A stretch of 60,168 bases of DNA, the filler included, from Chloroflexota bacterium (GTDB lineage Bacteria; Chloroflexota; Chloroflexia; QHBQ01): NCBI GenBank assembly GCA_043754535.1. It is 3 parts of 3 records of this genome, joined end to end, with 100 filler letters (N's around TTAATTAATTAA, not from the genome) between each part and the next. Parts side by side here need not be neighbours in the genome. Positions count along the whole stretch, not along the records: positions 34,784 to 60,168 come from JAYUUN010000118.1; 2 more parts are not named here. The stretch is one strand, 5' to 3'. Each line of letters opens with the position of its first letter. Within the stretch, counting starts at the first letter, position 1. The position numbers and the translations under genes were made by a program. Below the pieces are notes generated by a model, which searched no databases, had not been told where the DNA came from, and saw only the letters and a program-made list of their open reading frames with translations. Shown here one piece after another: positions 38,185 to 47,910 of the stretch.

Positions 38185-38906
38185 TAATATCGTTTGGTGA
38201 TTACAAGATCAATGTTCCATCTGATGCTTCCGGTTGACTCTGTTCTCTGAGGGGAGTTGGTACTGGAGTGCGGTGTTGGGTCTGACATCCTCATCTTGTG
38301 ATTCAGATTAAGTTGGGCTACATCATCACGCAGTGAAAGTTCCTTAACAGCCACAGACGTGCCATTTACATAAAAGCTGTTTGGTGCCACCTTCGAGTGA
38401 TAACTGTAAACCTCGCCGCTTTGCTGAAGTTTAAGGATTGCAGCTTCCACTGGCGGTTGGGTGCGCTTGTTAAAGGCTTCGACCTCTCTCTGCGTGTATG
38501 TAGCTCTTTCTTCATTGCTCATCTCATCGAGAAGGCGGTTGTCAAAACTCGGTTGGGCCACTAGAACCACAAAGAACTCCACGTGCTTTGGCTCTGTTGC
38601 CATAGCAGCTTTGAGATCAGCTTGAACCTTGCTTTCTGGGGCGACCTGCGTTGGTGTACTTGGGGGGATCAGAGTCCCTACAAATGTAGGCACAGGAGGG
38701 GGCATGATCTCGCCACTAGGAACGGGACCAGGTGGCAACTCTGGATCAAAGGTGGCAGTCGTTATTGGAGAAGCGATCTCTGTAGGCGCAGCAGTGAGTT
38801 GAACACCGGCAGACTGACCAGTAGTTAGCTTTTGCTCATTATTGCACGCAACCAGCAAGACAAGCAAACCAACCGAAATATACAAGCTGAAGTACCTTTT
38901 CATCAT
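38184..38906 (-). CDS. Lipoprotein resembling a subtilase (S8) propeptide region, lacking the catalytic domain
   Basis: Lipobox LVAC; Pro/Thr linker; FFVVL..Q...NSFYVNG..VKEL..RDDV; ends at WNIDLV; lower GC. Confidence 0.6.
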   Translation of the reverse strand: MMKRYFSLYISVGLLVLLVACNNEQKLTTGQSAGVQLTAAPTEIASPITTATFDPELPPGPVPSGEIMPPPVPTFVGTLIPPSTPTQVAPESKVQADLKAAMATEPKHVEFFVVLVAQPSFDNRLLDEMSNEERATYTQREVEAFNKRTQPPVEAAILKLQQSGEVYSYHSKVAPNSFYVNGTSVAVKELSLRDDVAQLNLNHKMRMSDPTPHSSTNSPQRTESTGSIRWNIDLVITKRY

Positions 38907-39004
38907 TTACCTCCTGCAAAGGACCCCTATCCAACCTTCGACTATAGCTGAGTCATAGCACAGAATGAGGGTGCTGTCAATAGCCAACTTGCAGTACGTT
39001 TGGG

Positions 39005-39514
39005 CTAGCCAATACGTAGCTGCTGATCCTCTATCAGCTTGCTTAACAATGCGCCTAAACCTTGCTTTGCGTTAGCCCTACGCCGCAGCAGCACCCGCCC
39101 CAGCACAGTAAAGAAGATACCGAGCAGCAGGAACGCCCCGCCGAGCAGCCCAAACAGGAAGCTGAGGAACCAGCGTCCACCGATCTCGTCAATTACCGCC
39201 TCGCTTGGCCTAGCCGGATTGTAGACGAGCGGTTGGTGGTCGCCGACCTTCCAGTTGCTACTGGCTACGGCGTTGGTGAAAGTCACTGGTTCAGCGTTGC
39301 TGGCTATGAAGGCGATCACCGGGTTGGGTGTCCTGCCGCTAAGATTCTTGAGTCCGACGATCACCCCATCCGCGTGTGCCGTCTTGCCGTCGTTGAGGGT
39401 GAGCAGCCCGAAGACCGTAGCCGTCAGCAAGCCGATCACCGCCAGCAGCACGAACACCAGCCCGATGATGGGCAAAGCCGCTGGCCCCTGCACCCGCCTG
39501 CCTCTTACTACCAT
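39005..39514 (-). CDS. DUF3592-like membrane protein
   Basis: TM-ADGVIVG..PVIAF..VGD..LVYNPARP.EA-TM; TGCTATAAT at 39576-39568. Confidence 0.75.
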   Translation of the reverse strand: MVVRGRRVQGPAALPIIGLVFVLLAVIGLLTATVFGLLTLNDGKTAHADGVIVGLKNLSGRTPNPVIAFIASNAEPVTFTNAVASSNWKVGDHQPLVYNPARPSEAVIDEIGGRWFLSFLFGLLGGAFLLLGIFFTVLGRVLLRRRANAKQGLGALLSKLIEDQQLRIG

Positions 39515-39625
39515 CTTGCTTCTTCTCCTCTACTACGGTGCCGTATAAGAACTGCTAAGTTGCAGCGATTATAGCAGATGAGCAGGTGCTGCGCTGTACT
39601 ATTTTGCTGCTGCCCTAATTGTCTC

Positions 39626-40516
39626 TTACAAAGCGCAAGAGCAGAGCGGCAGCCTGCCCTGAGCTAGCAACCGATAGCCTGGAAGTCGAAAGCATAACGA
39701 CTGATGGGCGACTTCCTCCATGTGGGGGATGTTGAGGAAGGCGGCTAGCAGGCTAGGGTTGGCGGCCACTAGTTCGCGGTCGAACACAGTGCAGTCCTGA
39801 CCGTTGAAGGTCGTCCCCCGCCCACCGGCTTCGCGCACCAGCAGCAGGGCCGCCGCCACATCCCAGGGGTGGAGATTGAGGTGGTAGAACAGGTCGAGCC
39901 GCCCAGCAGCCACGTAGGAGATCGCCAGCACCGCCGAGCCGAGGATACGCACCCGATGCACGTGGGGGCGTAGTTGGCTGGTAACGTTGAGCGAGCGGCG
40001 GCTGAACTCCTCAGCAGAGCCGGTATCGCAGGCGATCAGGGCGACGTGCAACTCTGACGGCTGGTTGACCCGCAGCGGCTGGCCGTTGAGGAAGGCACCC
40101 TCGCCCGCGACGGCAGTGTACAACTCCTCGTGCGTAGGGTCGTAGACAGCGGCGACTATCGGCTGCTTGCCCCGCGCCAACGCCACCGAGATGCACCAGA
40201 AGGGCAACTGGGCGGCATAGTTGTTGGTGCCATCTATTGGGTCGATAATCCAGGTGTAGTCGTTGTCGCCCACCTGCGGGGCAGCCACGCGACCTGCCTC
40301 CTCGCTGAGGATGTTGTGGTCGGGGTGGCGCGTGTGGATGATCTCTATGATCACCTTCTCGCAGGCCACATCCACCTCGGTCACTATGTCCTTTGGCCCC
40401 TTGTAGGTGATAGTACGCGGCTGGTGGGCTGCCTCAAGGGCGAGCTTGCCCGCAGCACGGGCTGCCGCCACCGCTGTCGCCAAATAATATTGCTGCATCG
40501 CTGCTTGCTCGTCCAT
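39626..40516 (-). CDS. suhB: Inositol monophosphatase family protein
   Basis: VTEVD, SEE, WIIDPIDGTNNY, PWDVAA. Confidence 0.9.
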   Translation of the reverse strand: MDEQAAMQQYYLATAVAAARAAGKLALEAAHQPRTITYKGPKDIVTEVDVACEKVIIEIIHTRHPDHNILSEEAGRVAAPQVGDNDYTWIIDPIDGTNNYAAQLPFWCISVALARGKQPIVAAVYDPTHEELYTAVAGEGAFLNGQPLRVNQPSELHVALIACDTGSAEEFSRRSLNVTSQLRPHVHRVRILGSAVLAISYVAAGRLDLFYHLNLHPWDVAAALLLVREAGGRGTTFNGQDCTVFDRELVAANPSLLAAFLNIPHMEEVAHQSLCFRLPGYRLLAQGRLPLCSCAL

Positions 40517-40542
40517 AAGCCTCCCTGTGCCTCCCTGAAGGT

Positions 40543-41397
40543 CTAGTATTGGTAGAACCCCTTGCCCGACTTGCGGCCAAGCTGCCCGGCGGCAACCATG
40601 CGCCGCAGCAAAGTGGGCGCAGCGAAGCGGCTCTCCTTGTACTGCTCGAACATCACATTCGCCACGTGGTTGAGGGTGTCCAGCCCTACAAAGTCGGCCA
40701 GGGTCAGCGGCCCCATCGGGTGGCTGGCTCCCAGCTTCATTGCCTCATCAATGTCCTCACGGCTGGCTAGCCCCTGCTCGTAGCAGCGGATCGCATCCAG
40801 CAGGTAGGGGACTAGCAGGCGGTTGACGACGAAGCCGGGCGTGTCCTGAGTCAGCACTACCGTCTTACCCAGTCCTGCGCCGAAGGCAAGCAGGCGGGTG
40901 ACGGTCGGCTCGTCGGTGTTCAGCCCCTTGACCAGTTCGATTAGCTTCATCACTGGCACCGGGTTGAAGAAGTGCAGACCCGCCACCTGACCCGCCCTTT
41001 GAGTGGCAGCCGCTATCTCGGTGATCGAAATGGAGGAGGTATTGCTGACAAGGATCGCGCGCGGCTGGCAGATCGCGTCAAGTTGGGCGAACAGTTCGCG
41101 CTTAGCGGCTAGCTGCTCAACAATCGCTTCGATCACCAGGTCGCAGTCGTGCATCTGGGCCATGTCTACAGTAGGTTGTAGCTGTGCGAGGGCTTCACCA
41201 TGCTCGGTGGCAGAAATCTTCGACTTTGCCAAATCCTTGTCCAGCACTGCCTTGATGCGGGCCACGCCCTGGTCTAGCAAGTGCTGGGTTGCCTCAGTGA
41301 CCACCACTGTGTAGCCGCTCTGGGCGGCAACCTGGGCGATGCCGCTGCCCATCAGTCCGCAACCAACTACCCCAACCCGCTTTATCTCGTCCACCAT
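40543..41397 (-). CDS. hbd: 3-hydroxybutyryl-CoA dehydrogenase
   Basis: GCGLMGSGIA, EAIVE, SNTSS, HFFNP, PGFVVNRLL, HPMGP. Confidence 0.93.
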   Translation of the reverse strand: MVDEIKRVGVVGCGLMGSGIAQVAAQSGYTVVVTEATQHLLDQGVARIKAVLDKDLAKSKISATEHGEALAQLQPTVDMAQMHDCDLVIEAIVEQLAAKRELFAQLDAICQPRAILVSNTSSISITEIAAATQRAGQVAGLHFFNPVPVMKLIELVKGLNTDEPTVTRLLAFGAGLGKTVVLTQDTPGFVVNRLLVPYLLDAIRCYEQGLASREDIDEAMKLGASHPMGPLTLADFVGLDTLNHVANVMFEQYKESRFAAPTLLRRMVAAGQLGRKSGKGFYQY

Positions 41398-41664
41398 AAG
41401 CCTCCTCCGCTATCTTACCTCTATTCTACCACAAAATGGCAAGCGAACCTCCCAAAAGTACCATGTGCTAGTTGTTGTGTCTGCTAGCGCAATGTGCTAC
41501 AATAGGGCCAGCAGTGGACATCCCCCGATCCGCCGCTGCTAATCACTGCCCGCAAGCATGGTAGTGTTTTGCCACTGGCTGATCCACAGGCGGCCTCTGG
41601 TTTGTAGACTTCTAGAGTGGCTGTGCTAATGCAGATAGCAGTGAAGAAGATAAAGGCAGGAAGC

Positions 41665-43335
41665 ATGAAACGTCTATCTCTGGCATTTCTATTGGTTGCG
41701 CTGCTGGCGGCTGCGCTAAGCAGTGGTGCAGCGGCGATGCCCGGCGGCCCCATAGGCAATAGCGGCGGCTCGCCCCAGCGTGTTGTCTCCTCGACCCACC
41801 GCGACCGCCCCGACGATACTACCCCCATCTCCCATACCCCCATTGCCAGCGAGGTTGCTTACAACACCCCTGAAGCGATTGGCCCACAAGATTACAATGA
41901 CACCCAACTGCAATTGCTACTTGCCACCAACCAGGCCCGCCGCACCAATGGCCTGGGGCCACTACGCCTCAACGCCAACTTGATGAATGCCGCTCAATGG
42001 CTGGCAAACGACATGGGTGTACACCACTATTTCGACCATACCGACTCGCAGCAACGTAGCTTCGATCAACGCCTATCCAGCTTTGGCTACACCCCCTACA
42101 ATGCTATCGCCGAGAACATCGCCGCTGGCTATGCTACCGTGCCGGACGCGATCAACGCCTGGCTAGGTAGCCCCGGCCACCGCACCAATATGCTGAACGC
42201 CACCTACCGCGAGATCGGGGTGGGCTTTGCCAACGTTGCTGCTAGCGGCTATGCCCGCTACTGGGTGCAGGACTTTGGTCTGCGCTCGAACGTCTACCCA
42301 GTGGTGATCAACAACGAAGCCCCCACAACTGACAGCCCCAACGTCAGTCTCTACATCTATGGCACTGGTTATGCCAGCCAGATGATGGTCAGCAACCGCG
42401 CCGATTTCAGTGGGGCCGCCTGGCAGAGCTACCAAACCGAGATTAGCTGGCAACTGGTGGGCGGCAATGGTCTGCAAAGCGTCTACGTTAAGCTCCGCAC
42501 CAGCGGTGGCAGCGAACAGACGAACAGCGACGAGATTACTCTGACCAACCAGCCCACCGCCATCCCGGTTCTGACTGCTACCCCAATGCCGACCGCTACC
42601 ACCTGCCCCGGCCAGCACTTCAGCGACGTAGACTGCACCTACTGGGCTTACAGCTACATCCAGAGCCTGGCGACTAGCGGCGTGATTGGCGGCTATGCTG
42701 ATGGCAGCTTCAGGCCGCACAGCAACGTTAGCCGCGCCGAGCTTGCCAAGATGATTGTGATTGCGGGCGGTTGGGCGACCGTTACTCCCACAACACCGCA
42801 CTTCAACGACGTGCCAGCCAACCACTGGGCCTACCGCTTTGTGGAGACTGCCTACGCCCTCAACGTGATTGGTGGTTACAGCGATGGTAGCTACAAGCCG
42901 ACCAACCTGGTCACCCGCGACCAATTGGCGAAGATCGTAGTCAAAGCTCGTGGCTACGACCGTTCCACCCCCTCAAACCCCACCTTCAGCGACGTGCCAG
43001 CCAGCTATTGGGCGTATGGCTACATCGAACAGGCCGCAGCCCTCAACATCCTCGGCGGCTACAGTAATGGCACCTTCGGCCCTGGCATCCAGACTCAGCG
43101 CGACCAGTTGAGCAAGACGCTCTATAACGCGTTGGCCGTGCCGACTACCACCCCCACTACCCCGCTAAACTCCAGTCCTGCCACCAGCATCCCTGCACCC
43201 ACCGGCACGCCGACCGTGCTGGCCGCCACGCCGTTAGGAGAGCAGGAAGCACAGAGCGCACGAAGGGAGTGGGCAAGTTGCCTACTCCCTCCTGTCTTGG
43301 CTGCTTACTCTACCCCCATCTTCGTGGCGGATTAG
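41665..43335 (+). CDS. Secreted CAP (SCP) domain protein with three SLH domains
   Basis: Signal peptide; N.AR..GL.PL, AENIAAG, WLGSPGHR.N; three F.DV...WAY..I...GY.DG.F.P SLH repeats. Confidence 0.9.
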   Translation: MKRLSLAFLLVALLAAALSSGAAAMPGGPIGNSGGSPQRVVSSTHRDRPDDTTPISHTPIASEVAYNTPEAIGPQDYNDTQLQLLLATNQARRTNGLGPLRLNANLMNAAQWLANDMGVHHYFDHTDSQQRSFDQRLSSFGYTPYNAIAENIAAGYATVPDAINAWLGSPGHRTNMLNATYREIGVGFANVAASGYARYWVQDFGLRSNVYPVVINNEAPTTDSPNVSLYIYGTGYASQMMVSNRADFSGAAWQSYQTEISWQLVGGNGLQSVYVKLRTSGGSEQTNSDEITLTNQPTAIPVLTATPMPTATTCPGQHFSDVDCTYWAYSYIQSLATSGVIGGYADGSFRPHSNVSRAELAKMIVIAGGWATVTPTTPHFNDVPANHWAYRFVETAYALNVIGGYSDGSYKPTNLVTRDQLAKIVVKARGYDRSTPSNPTFSDVPASYWAYGYIEQAAALNILGGYSNGTFGPGIQTQRDQLSKTLYNALAVPTTTPTTPLNSSPATSIPAPTGTPTVLAATPLGEQEAQSARREWASCLLPPVLAAYSTPIFVAD

Positions 43336-43826
43336 GGATTAAGCCTTACGTCGATCATCGTGGTTTTGGCGGCGGCAGCGCGCAGATCGTCCTCGTTCGG
43401 CTGGCCACCGCTGTCCACGTTTACGCCGAAGTATTTGGCATCGTCGGCATCGTGTTGGATCATCTTGCGCAGCCCCTCAGTCACTCGCTCCTGCTCGGTG
43501 GTTGCCTGGGCAGTGCCAGTTACTTCCTGCCCAGCCAGCACCCGGGTGACGGGCTCGCCGCCTATCAGGCTCTTGCCCCACCCACTGTCGGTGAAGCAGG
43601 TCACCACCTCACCAGTCCGCATATAGCTGACGGGGGTGCTGTAGGGCTTGCCGCTCTTGCGCCCAGTGAAACTGATCAGCATGATCCGCTCGCTCATCCA
43701 GTGGTGGTTGGGCGAGCGCAGGATAGCCGCTACCTTCGCGTTGTCCGCTGGTGACGCGCCTGCGGCTGCTTTACCGCTGCCCCACTGCTGATCACCCGCG
43801 TTGCTCCAATCCTGGTTCTGGCTCAT
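43332..43826 (-). CDS. Deazaflavin (F420)-dependent nitroreductase-like split-barrel protein
   Basis: ILRSP.H, FTGRKSGKPYSTPV. Confidence 0.75.
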   Translation of the reverse strand: MSQNQDWSNAGDQQWGSGKAAAGASPADNAKVAAILRSPNHHWMSERIMLISFTGRKSGKPYSTPVSYMRTGEVVTCFTDSGWGKSLIGGEPVTRVLAGQEVTGTAQATTEQERVTEGLRKMIQHDADDAKYFGVNVDSGGQPNEDDLRAAAAKTTMIDVRLNP

Positions 43827-43863
43827 CCTTTGCTCCTTGTCTACTCCACGCATTGACCACTAC

Positions 43864-45570
43864 TTAGAAAACACGTTCCTGGTACTCGCCGAACACCTCA
43901 CGCAGGGTGTCGCAGATTTCTCCCAGGGTGACTAGCGACTCGACGGCGGTGACGATGTAGGGCATCAGGTTGGCGCGACCCTCAGCGGCAGCCCGCAGGG
44001 TACGGCGTTGTTCGGCCACCCTGCTGTTATCGCGGCGACTCCGCAGCGCAACAAGGCGGGCGGTCTGCTGGGCCTGGAGGGCAGGGTTGACGCGCAGGAT
44101 GTCGGTGGCTGGCTCCTCGTCCACCTTAAACTGGTTGACCCCGACGATCACCCGCTCCTTCTTCTCCACCTCGCGCTGCCAACGGTAGGCCGCCTCCTGT
44201 ATCTCCTGCTGGAAGTAGCCAATCTCCACCGCCTTGAGCGTGCCACCAAGCTGCTCTACCCTGTCCAGATATTCGCGTGCGCCCTGCTCGATCTGCGTGG
44301 TCAAGGTCTCTACATAATAACTGCCCGCCAGCGGGTCGATCACGTTGCCCAGGCCGCTCTCGTGGGCCAGTATCTGCTGGGTGCGCAGAGCAGTGCGGGC
44401 GGCAGCTTCGGTCGGCAGGCCGAGGGCTTCGTCCATCGAATTGGTGTGCAAAGACTGGGTGCCACCGAGGACGGCGGCCATCGCCTCTACTGTTGTGCGG
44501 ACGATATTGTTAGCTGGCTGCTGGGCAGTCAGGGTGCTGCCCGCCGTCTGGGTATGGAAGCGGAGCATGAGGCTGCGCGGGTCTTGTGCGCCGAAGCGTT
44601 CCTTCATGATCCGCGCCCACAACCGCCGTGCTGCCCGGAACTTGCTAACCTCCTCAAAGAAGTCGTTGTGCGAGTTAAAGAAGAAAGCCAGGCGCGGAGC
44701 GAAGTCGTCCACCTTCAGACCCGCGTCCAAGGCCGCCTGCACATAGGCGATACCGTCGGCCAGGGTAAAGGCAACCTCCTGCACGGCGGTGCTGCCCGCT
44801 TCGCGGATGTGGTAGCCGCTAATGCTGATCGTATTCCAGTTCGGCACGTGGTCACGGCAGTAGGCCATCATATCGGTGATCAGGCGCAGGCTCGGCTCCA
44901 CCGGGTAGATGTAGGTGCCACGAGCGATGTACTCCTTCAGGATATCGTTCTGCACCGTCCCGTTGAGGGCCGTCTCTGGCACGCCCTGCTTGCGGCCCAC
45001 CGCAATGTAGAGGGCGAGTAGCACGCTGGCGGTGGCGTTGATCGTCATCGAAGTGCTGATCTGGTCGAGTGGCAAGCCCTGCAAGAGCAACTCCATGTCG
45101 TCGAGCGAACAGATCGCCACTCCCACTTTGCCTACCTCACCATCGGCCAGGGGGTGGTCGCTATCATAACCCATCTGGGTTGGCAGGTCGAAGGCGACGC
45201 TGAGGCCGGTCTGTCCCTGCTGCAAGAGGTAGTGGTAGCGGCGGTTGCTCTCGGCTGCGTCCCCGAAGCCCGCGTACTGGCGCATCGTCCAGAAGCGTCC
45301 GCGATACATGGTCGGCTGCACGCCGCGAGTGTAGGGAAACTCGCCAGGATAGCTAAGATCGCGCTCGTAGTCGAAGCCCTGCTCCTCAAGGTCGGCAGGG
45401 GTGTAGAGCGGTTGCAGCGCGATTTGTGAGTGGTTCTCGAAGCGAGGTAGACGCTCAGCGGCCTTGCTGCGTGCCTTCGCGTAGGTGCCGTTCAGCCAAC
45501 GCAGCTTGGCGCGTGGCGAAAGGTGGCTGCTGCTGGCTGCTGCGTCGGTGGGGCGGTCGGTAGTGGTCAT
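43864..45570 (-). CDS. Methylmalonyl-CoA mutase, substrate-binding subunit (no B12-binding domain)
   Basis: [56 protein letters not shown]. Confidence 0.95.
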   Translation of the reverse strand: MTTTDRPTDAAASSSHLSPRAKLRWLNGTYAKARSKAAERLPRFENHSQIALQPLYTPADLEEQGFDYERDLSYPGEFPYTRGVQPTMYRGRFWTMRQYAGFGDAAESNRRYHYLLQQGQTGLSVAFDLPTQMGYDSDHPLADGEVGKVGVAICSLDDMELLLQGLPLDQISTSMTINATASVLLALYIAVGRKQGVPETALNGTVQNDILKEYIARGTYIYPVEPSLRLITDMMAYCRDHVPNWNTISISGYHIREAGSTAVQEVAFTLADGIAYVQAALDAGLKVDDFAPRLAFFFNSHNDFFEEVSKFRAARRLWARIMKERFGAQDPRSLMLRFHTQTAGSTLTAQQPANNIVRTTVEAMAAVLGGTQSLHTNSMDEALGLPTEAAARTALRTQQILAHESGLGNVIDPLAGSYYVETLTTQIEQGAREYLDRVEQLGGTLKAVEIGYFQQEIQEAAYRWQREVEKKERVIVGVNQFKVDEEPATDILRVNPALQAQQTARLVALRSRRDNSRVAEQRRTLRAAAEGRANLMPYIVTAVESLVTLGEICDTLREVFGEYQERVF

Positions 45571-45626
45571 TGGTTAACTCTCCGTTGAGTTGTTGGCTTG
45601 CGGGGCGTAGGCTGGGGTGCTGGCTG

Positions 45627-46139
45627 CTACTCGATCACCAGCAGCACGCGGCCCTGCTCTACCTTGTCGCCCACGCTGGTGGCTAGGCTCTTGACCGTAC
45701 CAGGCTTGGGGGCGCGAATCTCGTTCTCCATCTTCATTGCTTCCAGCAGGATCAGCCGCTGGCCGCTTTGCACCACCTCCCCGACGCTGACCACTACGCC
45801 AGTGACCAGCCCCGGCATTGGAGCTTTGACCGCTACCGCGCCGCTGTGGTGGGTAGCAATGGGGGCGGCCTTGCGGATGCGCCGCTCTCGCTCACTCTGG
45901 ACCAGGATGCGATAGCTCTGGCCGCCTACATCTACACGATAGAAGCTCTGGCCGTCCTCGCCCACCTCTGGCACAGCGTACAGTTCGTAGCTGCGCCCAC
46001 GCAGGAGCAGGGAGAAGCGACCACCACCCAGTGGCACCAGGTCGGCAGCAGCCCCGCCAACCTCGGCCACCGCCCCGTTCTCATCTACCTCAAGCTCGAT
46101 TTCGTCGTTGCTGCCTTCGGACTGGGCGTAATAACGCAT
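45627..46139 (-). CDS. Biotin carboxyl carrier protein
   Basis: APMPG, EAMKMENE. Confidence 0.93.
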   Translation of the reverse strand: MRYYAQSEGSNDEIELEVDENGAVAEVGGAAADLVPLGGGRFSLLLRGRSYELYAVPEVGEDGQSFYRVDVGGQSYRILVQSERERRIRKAAPIATHHSGAVAVKAPMPGLVTGVVVSVGEVVQSGQRLILLEAMKMENEIRAPKPGTVKSLATSVGDKVEQGRVLLVIE

Positions 46140-46165
46140 CGTTCGTCACCTCACCTGTTGCGTCG

Positions 46166-46250
46166 ATTATAACACACCAGCAGTTTGCTGCACAAAAGAG
46201 GGCTTGCTGCGAGCAGCCAGTTGCCGCCCAGCCCGCTTTGCTGCTATAAT
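46166..46250. promoter_or_regulatory. Divergent extended -10 promoters
   Basis: TGTTATAAT on - (46174-46166) and TGCTATAAT on + (46242-46250). Confidence 0.6.
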
Positions 46251-46332
46251 AACCCGCGATTGAGCCAGTAGGCTAGAGGTTGCCCCTGAGCAGATGGGGC
46301 TGGGCCGCTAGAGAAAGCGTAGGTGTGGGCTA

Positions 46333-47124
46333 ATGGCAGCAGAGCAGTTGACAGTGGCGGCGATCCAGATGGACATCGTGTTGGGTGAGCCGCGCAAGAA
46401 TATGATTCGCGCCGAGGCTGCCATTGCCGACGCTGCCACCCAGGGGGCGCAGGCGGTGATTTTGCCTGAGTTGTGGACGACAGGTTATGCCATGCGCGAG
46501 ATCGCCCAGCTAGCCGAACCGCCGGGTGGGGCAGCGGTTGCCTGCCTGCAAAAGCTGGCTGTCCGTCACCACCTCTACATTGGCGGTGGCAGCATCGCCG
46601 AGGCGGATCGCGGTGGGGTCTACAATACCAGTTACACCATCGCCCCCGACGGCACCCTCCTTAGCCGCTATCGCAAGCGCAAGCTCTTTCCTCTGATGGA
46701 CGAACACATCTTTATGCAGCCTGGTGCTGAAGAAGCCCTGGCGGCGACCGAGTACGGCACCTGGGGTAGCCTGATCTGCTTCGACCTGCGCTTCCCCGAC
46801 CTGGCCCGTAGCCTTGTGCTACAGGGGGCCACCATCCTCTGGCTGCCCGCCGAGTGGCCCAACCCCCGCCTGGAACACTGGCGCATCCTTTTGCAGGCGC
46901 GGGCGATTGAGGATCAGTGCTTCGTCGTTGCCTGCAATCGGGTGGGCCGCGACGAAAATAACAGCTTCTTCGGTCACTCGCTGGTGATCGACCCCTGGGG
47001 GGTAATCCTGGCCGAGGGTGGTGAGGGCGAGGATATTGTGGCCGCCACCCTTGACCTCAGCGCGGTCGCTGCTGTGCGGAAGAAGATACCCTGCTTCGAC
47101 CTGACGCAACCTGCCGCCGTCTAG
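46333..47124 (+). CDS. Carbon-nitrogen hydrolase (omega-amidase-like)
   Basis: LPELWTTGY, YRK, ICFDLRFP (E-K-C triad). Confidence 0.92.
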   Translation: MAAEQLTVAAIQMDIVLGEPRKNMIRAEAAIADAATQGAQAVILPELWTTGYAMREIAQLAEPPGGAAVACLQKLAVRHHLYIGGGSIAEADRGGVYNTSYTIAPDGTLLSRYRKRKLFPLMDEHIFMQPGAEEALAATEYGTWGSLICFDLRFPDLARSLVLQGATILWLPAEWPNPRLEHWRILLQARAIEDQCFVVACNRVGRDENNSFFGHSLVIDPWGVILAEGGEGEDIVAATLDLSAVAAVRKKIPCFDLTQPAAV

Positions 47125-47179
47125 TGCGTTACGCTAACGGCCCACAGCCTCAACTCATCATCCCCTAAGGAGCAGCATT

Positions 47180-47902
47180 TTGAAGAACCGTAATCTCCTG
47201 GCCGCCCTCCTGCTTGTCGTCAGCCTGGTCGTGCTACTGCCCGCCAGTAGCGAAGCGGGCAAGCCGATCTACAAGGACGCTGGCGAAGAAACCACCCTGG
47301 CAAAGGCGAAGGTGATCCCCGACTCGACTGGCGCAGGGGTAGCCTACAGCTACTACGCCGACCTGGGCGCGGGCAAGGTGGACATTTACCAGATTTACGC
47401 AAAGGCCGGTCAGCAGCCGAAGCTCAGCCTTGCTGCCCCCAGGTTCGACGATCTCAAGGGCTTTACCCCTTCGCTTGCTCTGGTTGGCCCCGGCATCTCT
47501 AGCACCGCCAGCCTGCCGATCAATGTGCCGCAGGGCATGGGGGTTGTTACCCTCGACTACACTGGCGACCCCAACGCACGTGGCACGGGCAGCGACCAGG
47601 CTAGCGGCAAGCCGATCTGGTTGGGCCAGAGCTACAATACTGCCTACCCGCAGGAGAACCCCTACTACCTGATCGTCTGGGACAAGCAGGGGCGCGCAGG
47701 TAAGTACATCCTCTCGCTGGGCGAAAATGAGGAGAATGGACTGTTCGACATCCTCAAGTTCCCCTACACCTGGGTCAAGCTGCAACTTTGGTTTGGCAAC
47801 TGGCTGGCAGTCGGCATTGCCCTGCTGGTGGTCATTGTAGTGGTCACCCTCATTGCCGCTCTGCTGCGTCGCCGCAAGCCAGCCGCCCCCACTGCCTCGT
47901 AA
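47180..47902 (+). CDS. Hypothetical exported protein with C-terminal membrane anchor
   Basis: TTG start after AAGGAG; signal peptide; C-terminal TM plus RRRK. Confidence 0.75.
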   Translation: MKNRNLLAALLLVVSLVVLLPASSEAGKPIYKDAGEETTLAKAKVIPDSTGAGVAYSYYADLGAGKVDIYQIYAKAGQQPKLSLAAPRFDDLKGFTPSLALVGPGISSTASLPINVPQGMGVVTLDYTGDPNARGTGSDQASGKPIWLGQSYNTAYPQENPYYLIVWDKQGRAGKYILSLGENEENGLFDILKFPYTWVKLQLWFGNWLAVGIALLVVIVVVTLIAALLRRRKPAAPTAS

Positions 47903-47910
47903 GCCAGCAC

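Noticed and set aside
41505..41625. Hairpin-rich leader before the CAP-SLH gene as a possible riboswitch
   Set aside because: No recognisable c-di-AMP, c-di-GMP or other aptamer core; hairpins are expected at this GC content.
44008..45021. Long antisense ORFs (also 57185-58126, 17016-17804, 59050-59754 and others)
   Set aside because: Shadow frames of GC-rich genes with no motifs or RBS.
43864..45570. Mutase lacking a B12-binding domain as a truncation or novel mutase
   Set aside because: Split mutases are common, and RQYAGF (Tyr) indicates ordinary methylmalonyl-CoA specificity.
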